63,782 nt of DNA, filler included, from Octopus bimaculoides (GCF_001194135.2; 9 parts of 8 records of this genome joined end to end with filler, not necessarily neighbours in it); one strand, 5' to 3'. Shown: positions 37,420 to 50,646, numbered from the whole stretch's first letter. The notes: a model not told the origin generated them from the sequence alone. Numbers and translations: made by a program.

Positions 37420-38040
37420 TACTTTTTCGCCAGAAGGTACGTCACGGATTAAATAAGCAAATGTGGCCCACCGCTTTATATATAGAAATATAGACAGAAG
37501 TAAAAATAGGGTTCGTTCCTGCAAGCAACAGAGTAATCCTGTCACCGTCAGTGGTGAAAGCATCTGCATGGTGAATGTAGTTCTCTTCCCTTAACTTGCG
37601 TTGATTTCTTCCCAAGAAGCCAAATTTTCCTGTCTCGTGAACTAACTGGTTACCTCTTTGGATAATGGCAGAACTTAGCTGAACTCATCCTGTTCCCTGA
37701 TATGAATGGCATAGAATTTTTTGCAGCTGAATGGTTAGTCGGTTTCATATCCTGTTCTTGGGTAAATCTGCTGTATCTGAAATTGATAAATATCTCGACC
37801 ATTCCAGAAGATGAGAGAATACTGGAATCAGTTATAAATTTTGTGAATTTTACATATTCTTTCGAAATGGTTACTATTTCGTGAAACAGCGTCACAATAC
37901 TCGTGCTGTTTATCAACCATTATTTATGCAATTTCATTATTGACAGGTGTGTTGTACCTGTGTTCATATCGTACAGGGAGACTTTGTCTGCTGTGAAAAG
38001 GGTTTTCCAGTTTCAAGTGTCATTCATGAGTTCCCTTGCA
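37420..38040 (-). pseudogene. Helitron Rep/helicase relic
   Basis: Hand translation: HRYNTPVNNEIA.I..; ICKIH...FQYSLIFWNGRDIYQFQI; KFYA; NQRKLREENYIH.ADA. These match Helitron RRYNAPT.NEVA / LQYPLIFWQGEDGYHFNI / NQKKLRSEEYIHLRDA motifs. Confidence 0.8.
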
Positions 38041-38104
38041 CATTTAAAGATATTGACATGAATGCGTTCTTGGTGAATGATTCCCTATAATTTCATGACT
38101 ATAT

Positions 38105-38246
38105 AAGCGAAGGCTTTGTAACCACATGGTTCCGAGTTCATTCACACTGCGTAGCCCCTTGGGCAAGTGTTTTCTACTATAGCTTTGTGCCGACCTAAGC
38201 TGTGTGAGTGGATTTGGTAGACGCAAACTGGAAGAAGCCTGTTGTT

Positions 38247-38250
<4 letters not shown>
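38105..38250 (-). mobile_element. SINE family A head/core
   Basis: aaccacatggttccgagttc..ccttgggcaagtgtttctactatagc..ggatttggtagacgcaaactg. Confidence 0.75.
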
Positions 38251-38321
<71 letters not shown>

Positions 38322-38439
38322 ATGAACGAATGAGATAAAGAAGGAAATAAAGAAATTGACATACAGGCATCAGTTTATGTGAAATTCTTATCCCTACAGC
38401 CGTTTCCATACCCAATTAATTCAATTAGAGAAATTAAAT

Positions 38440-40490
38440 TAAATTTTTCATATTGAAACTAGTTAATTGGGTATTTCACCAAGGAAGAATTTCCCAGAAA
38501 GGAATTACATTCCAAAGTGTTGCTCGACCCTTGACAGACTCAGATATGTGCGTTTTAGCAATGTATGCGTTAAAATAGAACGTTATTAGCACATATACAT
38601 ATATATAATAAAGGATCACAAGGATAATTTTTAAGGTAACCCTAAAGTTAGATTGATTTGCCCAGAGAAATCTGACCTGGGTAAACTTCGTAAAGTTATT
38701 TTAGATAAGTACATACCGGCTCTAATACCTATGAGGTAATAGACTGGGTTAATAGCATTGAATATAAAGGTAGGAATAAATTCATGCAAATAAATATTGA
38801 TAATTATTACTCTTCGATTAATCAAGTAGTTTTAAGCTAGGTCCTTTTATTCGCGAAAAAAACACCTCGAATATGAATGAAATTAATGTTACGTTGGTTG
38901 CCAGAAGAACAATTATCGAGTTTGAAAACAAGTATTGGACTAGGAAAGATAGTTATGATGGCTTCGATATAGCCATGACCTCTGCAGATTCTACCCAAGT
39001 TACAGATTTGGTTGGTATTTATATTCGTTTTATCTTAGGAAGGGATGTTCCTGAATATGTGGGAGGTTTATAGAGATGATGCCCTTTAAACCACTTGGAA
39101 CCTATCTAATAGGAAACTTGAACTATATAAGGAGAAATTTTACAGGTTTTTAAAGAATTTGGACTCTCTACAATGATAGAAAATAAACATGAATCGGTCA
39201 ACTTCCTAGATGTTAAACTTAATCTCATTACTGGCTACTATGAACTATACCACAAACGTAACTCCAATCTTAAGTATATTAATGTTGGAAATAATCCCGG
39301 TTCTGTAAAAGATCTTTTATTTTATAGTATCTGTAAAAGAATGTCTAATCTATCGTCTAATAAGGATATTTTTGAAAAAAATGTCTACTATTATAATATG
39401 GCACTCAGCAAAGCTGGGTATAAACAAAAATCGAAATATTATCATAACAATATGGACATCAGTATCTCTAACAATAAGGGTGTTTCTCATGTTAGTAATA
39501 ATTTTAAACGAACTGGCAGGAATAGAAATAAGGATAGAGAGATAAATGTCCAAATGGGAATAATGGTATACAAAATACGCGAACCAATGTATTACTTCGT
39601 TTATCTAATTGTCCTCATATGATTAGAAATAAGAATAATAGAATAAAAAATAGACCCCTTATATATTTAATAAGGTTCGAAAATTTGAAAATTATAATGT
39701 ATCTCCTGATAATAATGACATTAGTTGGTTTATAATTCCATTCGCTAAACAAATTAAGAATAGTTTGGCCGGGGATTTATTCAAACTTTTTTCTAGACAT
39801 TTTACAAACGAAAGTAAATATTAAGATATTATTAACCCTAGGTTTCTTAAAATTGCTTTTCTGTATCAAATAATTTGTCGCAAATTATATCTTCAATTAA
39901 CGAAAGAAAATTATCTAATTTTTATAGCAATTATAGCCATATTAAATGCAACAATAGTAATGCTCTTGGAATAAATGTTAGTATGAAATATGTACTCGAG
40001 TCACCTAGTGTACAAGTGGAAACAACCCAAGTTAAAACCCAACTCACCCTCTTAAATATAGGTAACTTGGTAAATAGCAATCATACTGAATGGAATGGTA
40101 TAAAACAGAATAATAATATGAGTAGTAATGAAAATATATTTTGCGATTGCAAGATTAGAAGTCAATATTTATTTTAAACTACTGTCACCAAAAAAATGTT
40201 GTTAATTGACGTAAAGTGAAATCTGAAGGAAAGAGTTTCTTGTACACAGGGGCAACGTATAATTTTATCAAGAAACGCATCTCTAATCACTTTGCACCTT
40301 TAATAATAGGAACAGGTCCTCTAGTACTAGCCTCAGTAAATTTATTTGGGACTTGAAAGACAAGAAAAAACGCTTTTCTGTAGAGTGGGAGATTGTAAGC
40401 AAGGTTGCTGCTTATAAGGTTGAAAATTCTTTTTGCTTTCTCTACCTCGAAGAATTATACCAATCCTGTATTACAGGCGGTGCCTCTTAA
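38440..40490 (+). mobile_element. Near-complete but decayed Penelope-like element (RT plus GIY-YIG)
   Basis: NPKVRLICPEKSDLGK; FDIAM.S.D..QVTDLVGIYI; GL(Y)RDD (frameshifted); VNFLDVKLNL..Y..YHK.N..YIN; SICKRMSNLSSN; CDCK..; Y.G.T..F.KR.SNH; EWEIV.K. All in collinear order. Confidence 0.85.
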
Positions 40491-41497
40491 ATGCGAGGGT
40501 TGTGACTGGTTTTTCATGTGTTCACGCTTCTAAATGGGATTTCAAAAACTACCATTAGGTATATTATTATCATAAATAAATTCATTATATGTTAAACCTA
40601 CTAGTGCTTTGAATAGATCGGTGTTTCATGTTTAATACACTAACATTTTCAACTATAAGAATAAAGAATTTTTAGTAGATATCATAGAAATATCAAATAT
40701 TATATTAAAATATTGATATTTAAATATTAATATTTCATCTTAAATTCGTGGAAGGAGACTGATTTTTCATGTATTCTGGCATGTTTTTGGGTGTTAAAAA
40801 ACTGCCATCAGTTACATTACTATTATAAATAATTAATTATATATTAAAGCTACTAGAACTTTGAATCTGTCGATACTTCATTATTTATTACACTAGCATC
40901 TGTAAATATAAGGATGAAATAATGCTTAATGGATATAATATTGATACAAAAATATTAATTAAATAGTAAAGATGTATATTAGGTTTTCTGCGCAGGAAGC
41001 AGTATCATATATAGTTTCTATAGATTTAATTAAGCACGTTTATCATGAATATGTCATTGATATTTTATAATATAATTCATTAATCTAAGATAATGATGAA
41101 ACGTATTGATTTTGTAGTTGTTGTAGCTTTAGTAATTTAGGCTTATATATAAAATTTTTAACAATTGGATTTGGAAACATTTATCTTTTCTTTTGTTTAC
41201 ATAGTTTGTATTGATCATAACTATTACACACAAATATATAGATGACGCGGTACTCTAATATGGTAATTAACATATTAGAGTCCCTAGACTCTGAGTAGAT
41301 CCCTTCATATGATATTCTCTTTGAATGCTTCGTGGATATTTGAAACTGATATGCACACCGCACTTTTCAAATTGAACTCACTATAAAGGGGCCCGAAACT
41401 TTATTCAATTTCTCAATTTTAGATGTTGCAAAAAAAATTGCGTATGTGTGTGTTAATGTATGTATGTATGTATGTATGTGTGTATGTATGTATGTGT

Positions 41498-41788
41498 GGA
41501 GGCGCAATGGCCCAGTGGTTAGGGCAGCGAATTCGCGGTCATAGGATCGTGGTTTCGATTCTCAGACCGGGCGTTGTGAGTGTTTATTGAGCGAAAACAC
41601 CTAAAGCTCCACGAGGCTCCAGCAGGGGATGGTGGTGAACCCTACTGTACTCTTTCACCACAACTTTCTCTCACTCTTACTTCCTGTTTCTGTTGTGCCT
41701 GTAATTTAAAGGGTCAACCTTGTCACACTGTGTCACGCTGAATATTCCCGAGAACTACGTTAAGGGTACACGTGTCTGTGGAGTGCTC
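41498..41788 (+). mobile_element. tRNA-derived SINE (distinct family), truncated by a gap
   Basis: A box tggcccagtggtta, B-box-like gtttcgattc, followed by a non-tRNA body. No 3' acceptor stem. Confidence 0.8.
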
Positions 41789-42233
41789 NNNNNNNNNNNN
41801 NNNNNNNNNNNNNNNNNNNNNNNNNNNNNNNNNNNNNNNNNNNNNNNNNNNNNNNNNNNNNNNNNNNNNNNNNNNNNNNNNNNNNNNNNNNNNNNNNNNN
41901 NNNNNNNNNNNNNNNNNNNNNNNNNNNNNNNNNNNNNNNNNNNNNNNNNNNNNNNNNNNNNNNNNNNNNNNNNNNNNNNNNNNNNNNNNNNNNNNNNNNN
42001 NNNNNNNNNNNNNNNNNNNNNNNNNNNNNNNNNNNNNNNNNNNNNNNNNNNNNNNNNNNNNNNNNNNNNNNNNNNNNNNNNNNNNNNNNNNNNNNNNNNN
42101 NNNNNNNNNNNNNNNNNNNNNNNNNNNNNNNNNNNNNNNNNNNNNNNNNNNNNNNNNNNNNNNNNNNNNNNNNNNNNNNNNNNNNNNNNNNNNNNNNNNN
42201 NNNNNNNNNNNNNNNNNNNNNNNNNNNNNNNNN

Positions 42234-42268
<35 letters not shown>

Positions 42269-42278
42269 AGTAAATGTA

Positions 42279-42880
42279 TTGAGTCATCCCATAAATAATG
42301 AGGGTTTTTTCAATTGCATGGACTAAATTTGGAGCAGGGAAGGATAAACTACCTGCATCAATTTGCTATAAAAGCAGGTAGTAATTTTACCTTTTTTAAC
42401 TTATTCTTAGTGTACGATTTGAAGAACGCAATTCGATTTTAACAGTTATTTTTCCAAAGCTACAATGGAAGTGACAAAGGAGCATATCCGGCATATTTAA
42501 CTTTATAAGTTCAATAAAGGCAACAACGCAACGGAAAGTACGAGGAACATTAATACAGTATATGGGGATCGGACAATAAGCGTAAGCCAGTGGCAACGGT
42601 GGTCCCAGAAATTCCGAGCCGGAAACTACAGCCTAGAAGACGAGTCTCATCCTGGAAGATCTGTAGTGCTCGACAAGGACGTCCTGCAAACCCTGGTGGA
42701 ACAAAATCCCATCGTAAGTGTTGAGGAATTAGCAGAGAATTTGGTCATTCAACCATTTATCGACACCTGCGTGCCATAGGAATAGTCAGCAAATTGGGTC
42801 AATGGGTTCCTCACAAACTTTCAGAGTCTGATCGCGCGCTGAGAGTGAATGTGTACTGATCTTTGCCCTCACGCCTCAGC
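42279..42880 (+). mobile_element. mariner (Mos1-like) 5' half
   Basis: TA|ttgagtcatcccataa TIR-like start; ATG 42465 MEVTKEHIRHI*..QRW.QKFRAGNYSLEDE..GR..; WVPHKL motif at 42803. Confidence 0.85.
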
Positions 42881-42884
42881 TGCT

Positions 42885-43635
42885 TGCAACGTTATACCAT
42901 AAAGGAAAATTATAGTCATCAACTAAACTTGACTAAGGATGTGAATAATACCTACATTGCTAGAAATAAGAGCTAAAATGCTTCAATGCTGTTACAAAGC
43001 ACATAACTCTGATAGGGGCTGCAATCGCTCCGAAAACTGAACCGAGAATTCCTTAAAATGACCGGCCAGTTCCAGCAATTTCCATTGCCATCTTCAATAA
43101 AGCCAGCTCGTTCGGTTGATTCCGAGCTAGCTCGCCTATCAGAGAACATATATTCACTATAAAAATCTATTGATTGTTTTAGCAAATCGCTAATGTGTAT
43201 ACAAAAAAAAATTAATTAATAAAAACAGCTATTTGCAACGTTATACCGTGAAGGAAAATTATAGTTACCAATTAAACTTGACTATGGGTATGAATAACAC
43301 CTACATTACTAGAAATAGAAGCTAAAATACCAAATGCTTTTACAAAGCACGTAACATTTTTATGCTGAATTATACTCTGATAGGCGAGCTAGCCCGAACG
43401 AGCTGGCCTTACTGAAGATGGTAATGGAAATTGCCAGAACTGGCCTGTCAGTCAAAGGATTTCTCGGTTCGGTGTTCGGGGCCATTGCAGCCCGTATCAG
43501 AATATATGTTATGTGCTTTGTAACAGTATTGGAGTATTTTAGCTCCTATTCTATCAGTGTAGGTGTTATGTATATACATATTCTTTTTGGAACAATTAAT
43601 ATCGAAGCAAGGTTATAAACAATAACGTGTAAATA
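42885..43635. mobile_element. Two oppositely oriented copies of a foldback MITE
   Basis: Layout is A-B (42885-43144), spacer, A' (43232-43357), reverse complement of B (43375-43502), reverse complement of A (43505-43635). B has 10-bp TIRs ctctgatagg/cctatcagag. Confidence 0.75.
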
Positions 43636-44135
43636 CTGAGTTAAAAAGCCTTGGACAGAAAAAGTTGAAGGCTGTTCATGATGAAATGACTTCCATATTA
43701 CCTTCTACTGAATCAATTTAACAGCGATAATTATTCATGTAATTATTAGATACTTAACAATGTTTTCACGTTTGTCATAAATGTTCGTAATATAATTTTG
43801 GGTATTCTTTCAAATAAATATCTTAATATGTGTATGCATATATACTTAAAAGAATACATGAATACTTAGAAAGGCTTTCCATCTGGAAAAGGCATTTAAT
43901 GATGGTAGAGAGCTGTTGCTTGCAGAGATATATGCGGGAGTGGGTGATTCATCTGGAATTTGCTGGAGATATTCGTTCAGGACCCGTTCTCTTATACTGA
44001 GTTAAATACCGAGTTAAAAAGGTCATTCAGGTAATTAATTGCAATGGCTTGTTTCTTTGAACGTCTGTATTGTAATTTCACCAATTTTCTCAACACATTT
44101 GTTATAACGTAAATAATATTTATTAATTAGATATA

Positions 44136-44432
44136 CTAGCAGAAAGACCGCCCTCTGGGCAGTTTTCTGCTAGCCCCCTGGTTATATTTTCACATTTGAT
44201 TCCCAACTCTAATAATTTTTATGATATTTTACATCTAATTATTTCTTTGTATAATAGTGCTCACTTGCTTAGTAAATATTGCTTCCATTGTTTTATCACA
44301 GTCATTCATAGTCTCTCTTTTTTAAACAAACATCACGGCAATCCAACAACAGAGGGGGAAGCAGTTTGTCAAGTTTTACTTTCCTCAAAGCAACAGAGAT
44401 TTCAATTCAGCAGCCCATCTGTAAGCTTTGCA

Positions 44433-44471
<39 letters not shown>

Positions 44472-45575
44472 GGGGGGAGAGAACATCCCAAAACTAGCCT
44501 CTTCGTTTCTTCATCATTCTCGCATGTATTGATGTTTTTCAATATTTCCCCCCATAAATACATTTATATGTTATGAAAACGAAATTTTTTGAGAAATTGT
44601 GAGTTTTTTGCAACCCCACTTCCTGTACCTGATTGTTTCTGTTTAGAAAGTAAAATATTGGAGAACCTGAGAAGGTTATTGCTGGCATTTATCCACAATG
44701 ATTTATGTAAACGAGTTATGTAAATGTTAGTTCATTTTAATAGCATACTTTTCGGTTAGAAAATGTTTTTTCTTACACACACACGACTGAAGTTTGACTA
44801 AAGTGGGGGTAAAAATTTATATTACAGTTTATTTTGTTGTTTATATTCCACCAATGCACCACGCGTGTGTTTTTCTTCGGCATCATCATTCCATAAAATT
44901 TGTTTCATGGGAGAAAACTATTGAAAAATATCAATACGTGAGAGAGTAAAAAGGGAGGGCGATTTGGGTCGTGCTAGAAACAACAGCGAAACCTCCCTTG
45001 AATTGTTCACCTTTTCCTCTGAAAATATTTACAATTTTTTTTTCTAACCGGAAAGGCTCCTCCCATGGTTTTTAAGTTTAAAAAGATGACAAAAATCGGT
45101 CCGGATAGTTATTATTGGAAGGCTTATAGCGTTCCAAGCTGCCATAAAAACAAAATTACTTTTGAATTATTTTTACAAAAAGTATACGTGTATTTTTTTT
45201 TTAATTATTTAATGAATAATATTTTTACATTATGTATACATTAATAGAATAAACTGTCGTTTTCCAACTAGCGAAATAAAACTTGAAATGAAAACATTGA
45301 AACAGAAAGTGAGACTTTGCAAATAAAAATGTAATACTCTGCAGTAAATGCATTGACTATTTTAATTTGTGAAGAATTGGGCGCAGTGAATGCAATGAAT
45401 ATTTAAATTTGTGAGAAATTGGAGTTTAAAATTTCAATAAACTTAAGAAATCGAAATTATAGGATATCTCTTAGAACATGAAATTATAAAAATATTTAAT
45501 AATTGCTTTCTTTTAGTACTTTTAGTAACTGTTACCTACCTAATTAATAAACAGCTTTCTCCATTATAGTATAGA
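44136..45575 (-). mobile_element. Non-autonomous Helitron (about 1.44 kb)
   Basis: On minus: A|TCTATACTATAAT... 5' end and ...CTAG|T 3' end, with a 7-bp hairpin actgccc-aga-gggcggt just upstream of CTAG. Inserted between A and T with no TSD. Internal (TG)n(AG)n. Confidence 0.7.
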
Positions 45576-45581
45576 TGTACA

Positions 45582-45770
45582 AAGGCGGCCAGCTGGCAGA
45601 ATGGTTTACACGCCGGGCAAAATGCTTAGCGGCATCAAATTCAAATTCCACCGGGGTCAACTTTGCCTTTCATCCTTCTGAGATTGATAAAATAAGTACC
45701 AGCTGAATATTGGGGCCGATGTGATCGATTTACTCCCACACCGAAAATGCTGGCCTTGTGCTGAATTAAT
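45582..45770 (+). mobile_element. SINE family B
   Basis: aaggcggccagctggcaga..cacgccgggcaaaatgcttagcgg..actttgcctttcatcc..aagtaccag..ggccttgtg. Confidence 0.85.
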
Positions 45771-48175
45771 AATTAGATATATGAACGAACGAATATTTTG
45801 GATACTTACTCTTTGCGTCGTCATTACATAACGCTTCGTCAACCACTGAAAAATATTAAAGCATATTCTTTTATAAAACTAACTGCAAACGAATAAATTA
45901 TTTTTCTATAGTAAGAATTTTCCGTTGGCACAAACCCATAAATATGTTGGGCGTATAATGCTAAAATTACTTAACTGGAATTTATTTTATTGTTTCTAAA
46001 AGAATTACAAGCAAAACTGATAAATTCAGAATTTCATCCAGTCCCTAGAAAATATTAGAAAATATTGTTTGGTAGCTTATAATTTTCTAACAGGCTGTCA
46101 ATTGCTTCATGCTGATTTTTAAGTTAATAGCAAAGTTAAGGTGTAAGATTGTGTGATGTTCATATCTTTCCTGGAAGTAGTAGAGACAGAATAAATGAAA
46201 ACGATGGATATTTAACAATTATATACCACACTACGATAAATATACCCAAGTGCTCGACCTTTCTATAATATTTAATAATTCTTGCTTTCAGACTGGATGG
46301 ATTTTATTTCTTTCTATTTTAAGAGAAAACTTAACTGTTTTTCTTCGTTTTTGTATTTGGTTTGCAAGATTTTTTATGTAAATTTGTGTTAGAATGACAG
46401 CCGGATATAAGAAAATTCGTGCAAATAAATACATATAGCCATGAACACTTCCTATACACAACCATACACATCTACGCACACGCACAGATGGGTACTCACA
46501 CACGCGCACACGTAAATACACACTCACAGAAATGGAAGAACATGCAAACACACACATTCACATACACGCACCATGCATACACACTTACACACATATGCTC
46601 AGGTACATGCGCACACATGCGTACGTACGCACATGAACGTACGCGCGCGCGCGCGCACACACACACACACAAGAAAACACACACGCAACCATGCACACAG
46701 TCGCTTACTTATTCACACCGCACGCACACGCAGATATGAAAACACACGTACCGGTATGCACTCATATAAGCACGCACTCACACACACACATACATACACA
46801 CACACACACACAAACATACACACTCACAGAACCGACTCAACCACACAAACATCCAAACTAGACGCTCATACACACCTACCCTGTTTTCGTTTTCTCCTCC
46901 CCTTCCCCTCATAAGGAACTACATTCATTAATGTTTACGCAAGCCAACCCCAGCAGATCTGAGATCGAACTGGCATGGAATAAAAAAAGGCAGAACTCTT
47001 AAAGAGGTCGTGGATGATCAATACACACATACTCAAAAAAAGAAGCACACATGAGCAGTGAGGCGGATGTACACACACAACCATACACAGACGCATGCAC
47101 GCACACACACACACAAACTCAAACACACGCAAACACACACACGCACACATATACTTGTTTACTCTCATCCTTACTTTCTTTTGTAAGCAAACACACATCT
47201 ACATACACACAGGCATAATATCAATTGTCTTACAAGCTCAAGGCAATCCTTCAAGAGGGAGGGAGAGAGAGAGAGAGAGAGAGAGAGCAAGTCATTGTAG
47301 TATCTGCGATTAGCGACGGAAGAACTTTGACCAAAAACTGGCTGATTGTTTTAACCAGCACATTAAAGAAACGATCGATTAGTTTGTTTGTTAATTGTTA
47401 GAACCAATTGACTGACAATAAAGAAGTGATATTGAACCTGTGCGTGTCATATTATTATTGGCGTAATGACCCCAAGATATAAATAATCTGCTTTTCTTTT
47501 GTACTGCCTGAGCTGTACAGTCAACTAAAACCCTAGGAGGAATTAACATTCAGATACATACAAAAATGTGGCATAATTAAGGCCAATGACCCAGTCTGCG
47601 GGCCCGCATTTGTACGATGATAATACAAACAGGATATTCCTTATTTCGCGTAGAACGAGAATATGGACATTTTGACGGGATCGCTCATTTTTAAAGAGTA
47701 ATAATGATTTAGGATAATTAAAATGACGTGCCTGTATCAAAAGATAGTCGCTGATTTGCTAATCATTGAGAAGTGGAGGAAAATGGAACACGGTGATTAC
47801 TTAATGCACCTTATATATACACTTTATTATACTTTATGAACAATTTTTAAGACTTACTACACAACACTCTCCCTCTTTCTCTTTCGCTCTTCACGTTACC
47901 CTCTTCTTCGCTCTCCTTTCACTTTCGCTCTTCGACTGTCCCACAACTAATCACACGAAAACGTTACAGACGGGCTAATTAACGGAGTAAAAACTTAGTT
48001 AAAACAAAATTGCACATCTCACTCACTACCACTTCTCCATCCAACACTCCTCCCCACCCTCCCACTCCTCCCCACNNNNNNNNNNNNNNNNNNNNNNNNN
48101 NNNNNNNNNNNNNNNNNNNTTAATTAATTAANNNNNNNNNNNNNNNNNNNNNNNNNNNNNNNNNNNNNNNNNNNN

Positions 48176-48212
<37 letters not shown>

Positions 48213-48227
48213 TACACACACACATAC

Positions 48228-48540
48228 ACACAGCAGCTTCACTATGTAGTAAAAAGTTGCTTCCCAACCACATGCTTCCAGGTTCAGTCCCACTGTATGG
48301 CACCATGCATGTCTTTTACTATAGCCCAGGACTGACCTTCTGAGTGAATTTGATACATAGAAAGAAACTGAAAGAATCCTATTGTGTGTGTGTGCATGTG
48401 TGGTTTACTGTTCCTTTGCCTTGACATCCCATGATAGCTGTTATCATGTGTCATTGCAATGTAAGTAGTATCCTTCACACCCAATATTCAGTGAAAACAT
48501 CTCTGATCATGGAGAAATATTACCTTACTTGGAAACAGGA
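48228..48540 (+). mobile_element. SINE family A variant (head/core with a different tail)
   Basis: ccaaccacatgcttccaggttcagtcccactg..gaaactgaaagaatcc, followed by a different tail. Confidence 0.6.
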
Positions 48541-48579
48541 TTGGTAACAGGAAGTGCTCACGCTGGGGCACTGCCGTAA

Positions 48580-48798
48580 CCCTTTAGCATTCAAACCAGC
48601 TACATCCAGCCGAAATATTCTACCTGCTTTATGTCCAAACTGGCCGAATGTGACCTCACACACAGCAAGCCTACAACATCATTCAAACAATTATGTTACC
48701 TCATGAAAATTTTGTAGCTACAAAATACTGCAGGATTAATTCAAATAATGTGAAAGAATAAGCATTACTTCTAATAGAATAATATGAATGCTAAATAG
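48580..48798. mobile_element. piggyBac-like MITE
   Basis: gtaa|ccctttagcattca ... tgaatgctaaatag. CCCT-starting TIR and degenerate TTAA flanks. Confidence 0.5.
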
Positions 48799-50188
48799 TC
48801 ACAGATTTCAGTGAGGAAACCAAGCAAAGTACTTTTTTAAAAATCTGTTACATATCCTATCTGACTCTTGGTACAATCGCTCTTGTAAATTCATTGATTC
48901 ACAACCTATACTTCATAGTAATATATANNNNNNNNNNNNNNNNNNNNNNNNNNNNNNNNNNNNNNNNNNNNNNNNNNNNNNNNNNNNNNNNNNNNNNNNN
49001 NNNNNNNNNNNNNNNNNNNNNNNNNNNNNNNNNNNNNNNNNNNNNNNNNNNNNNNNNNNNNNNNNNNNNNNNNNNNNNNNNNNNNNNNNNNNNNNNNNNN
49101 NNNNNNNNNNNNNNNNNNNNNNNNNNNNNNNNNNNNNNNNNNNNNNNNNNNNNNNNNNNNNNNNNNNNNNNNNNNNNNNNNNNNNNNNNNNNNNNNNNNN
49201 NNNNNNNNNNNNNNNNNNNNNNNNNNNNNNNNNNNNNNNNNNNNNNNNNNNNNNNNNNNNNNNNNNNNNNNNNNNNNNNNNNNNNNNNNNNNNNNNNNNN
49301 NNNNNNNNNNNNNNNNNNNNNNNNNNNNNNNNNNNNNNNNNNNNNNNNNNNNNNNNNNNNNNNNNNNNNNNNNNNNNNNNNNNNNNNNNNNNNNNNNNNN
49401 NNNNNNNNNNNNNNNNNNNNNNNNNNNNNNNNNNNNNNNNNNNNNNNNNNNNNNNNNNNNNNNNNNNNNNNNNNNNNNNNNNNNNNNNNNNNNNNNNNNN
49501 NNNNNNNNNNNNNNNNNNNNNNNNNNNNNNNNNNNNNNNNNNNNNNNNNNNNNNNNNNNNNNNNNNNNNNNNNNNNNNNNNNNNNNNNNNNNNNNNNNNN
49601 NNNNNNNNNNNNNNNNNNNNNNNNNNNNNNNNNNNNNNNNNNNNNNNNNNNNNNNNNNNNNNNNNNNNNNNNNNNNNNNNNNNNNNNNNNNNNNNNNNNN
49701 NNNNNNNNNNNNNNNNNNNNNNNNNNNNNNNNNNNNNNNNNNNNNNNNNNNNNNNNNNNNNNNNNNNNNNNNNNNNNNNNNNNNNNNNNNNNNNNNNNNN
49801 NNNNNNNNNNNNNNNNNNNNNNNNNNNNNNNNNNNNNNNNNNNAATGTATATACATCAAGGTATATTTGTAGAAAATTTCACGAAAAAATATTCATTTTC
49901 CTGGAAGTTAAGTGGACTCTGATGGAATTTCCGAAAATTGTCTCCCTCGCCCCTCCCAAAACACTTTCACCGAAAATTTGGAATATACATAATAAATAAT
50001 ATATGCATAGAAAATTTCATTATAAAAATAGTCATTTTTCTGAAAGTTATGACCTTCCAAAGTCGGCAGGTACAACTCTGTAGTTATACCTATATATATA
50101 ATAATATAATATATAATAATATAATATATAAATATATGCATATATACATACATATATGTGCATACCTACATATATATGTATATACACA

Positions 50189-50645
50189 TGCATATATGGG
50201 TACAGGACATCAAAAAAACGTTAAACACAATGAGAAACGAAAACATAGAAAACGAACTATTTTCGAACAACAAAAAAACAAACAAACAGAGAAACGAGAC
50301 ATGCAACATAAAGAATATACCCCTTCTTCAGTTGTCCCTGTCTCATCCACTCCGCGTTTCAAAAGGTAAGGACAATACGCGACTTCGTTGAAACAGTCCT
50401 TCCCGCAAAGCAAATTAAATAAAATTTGGAATTTTTGGCGGAGGGTGAAAGTGTTAACAAGAACAGGACGGTGAGAACAAGACGGTGAAGGCTGTTGAGC
50501 CAAGACGATAGAAAAATTATTATGAACGTTAGAGGAACGAGCCATGAGAGGATACAGGCAAAGGCACGTCTTTTCTTTAGGAATGAAGTGGACAGAAAGA
50601 TAGATCCCGTGATGAAAGGGGATCTATCTTTCAGTCCATTTCCTT
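50189..50645 (-). mobile_element. Unclassified repeat, possibly a Penelope terminal repeat; related to 56950-57057
   Basis: Shares gaaacgc..ctgaagaag..tatgt.gc..tgtcctgtaccca.atatgca with 56950-57057. Confidence 0.4.
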
Positions 50646-50646
50646 T

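Noticed and set aside
41498-41575. tRNA gene (also 18250-18326 and 24799-24875)
   Set aside because: A/B boxes are present, but there is no acceptor-stem closure and each continues into a SINE body.
46419-46914. His/Thr-, Cys/Val- and Tyr/Ile-rich ORFs (also 17433-17763, 26921-27557, 54271-54828, 56992-57323)
   Set aside because: Translations of (CA)n/(TG)n/(TA)n microsatellites.
48894-49922. Long ORFs in the track made mostly of X (also at 14032, 20739, 24232, 41720 and others)
   Set aside because: They are N gaps translated without stops.
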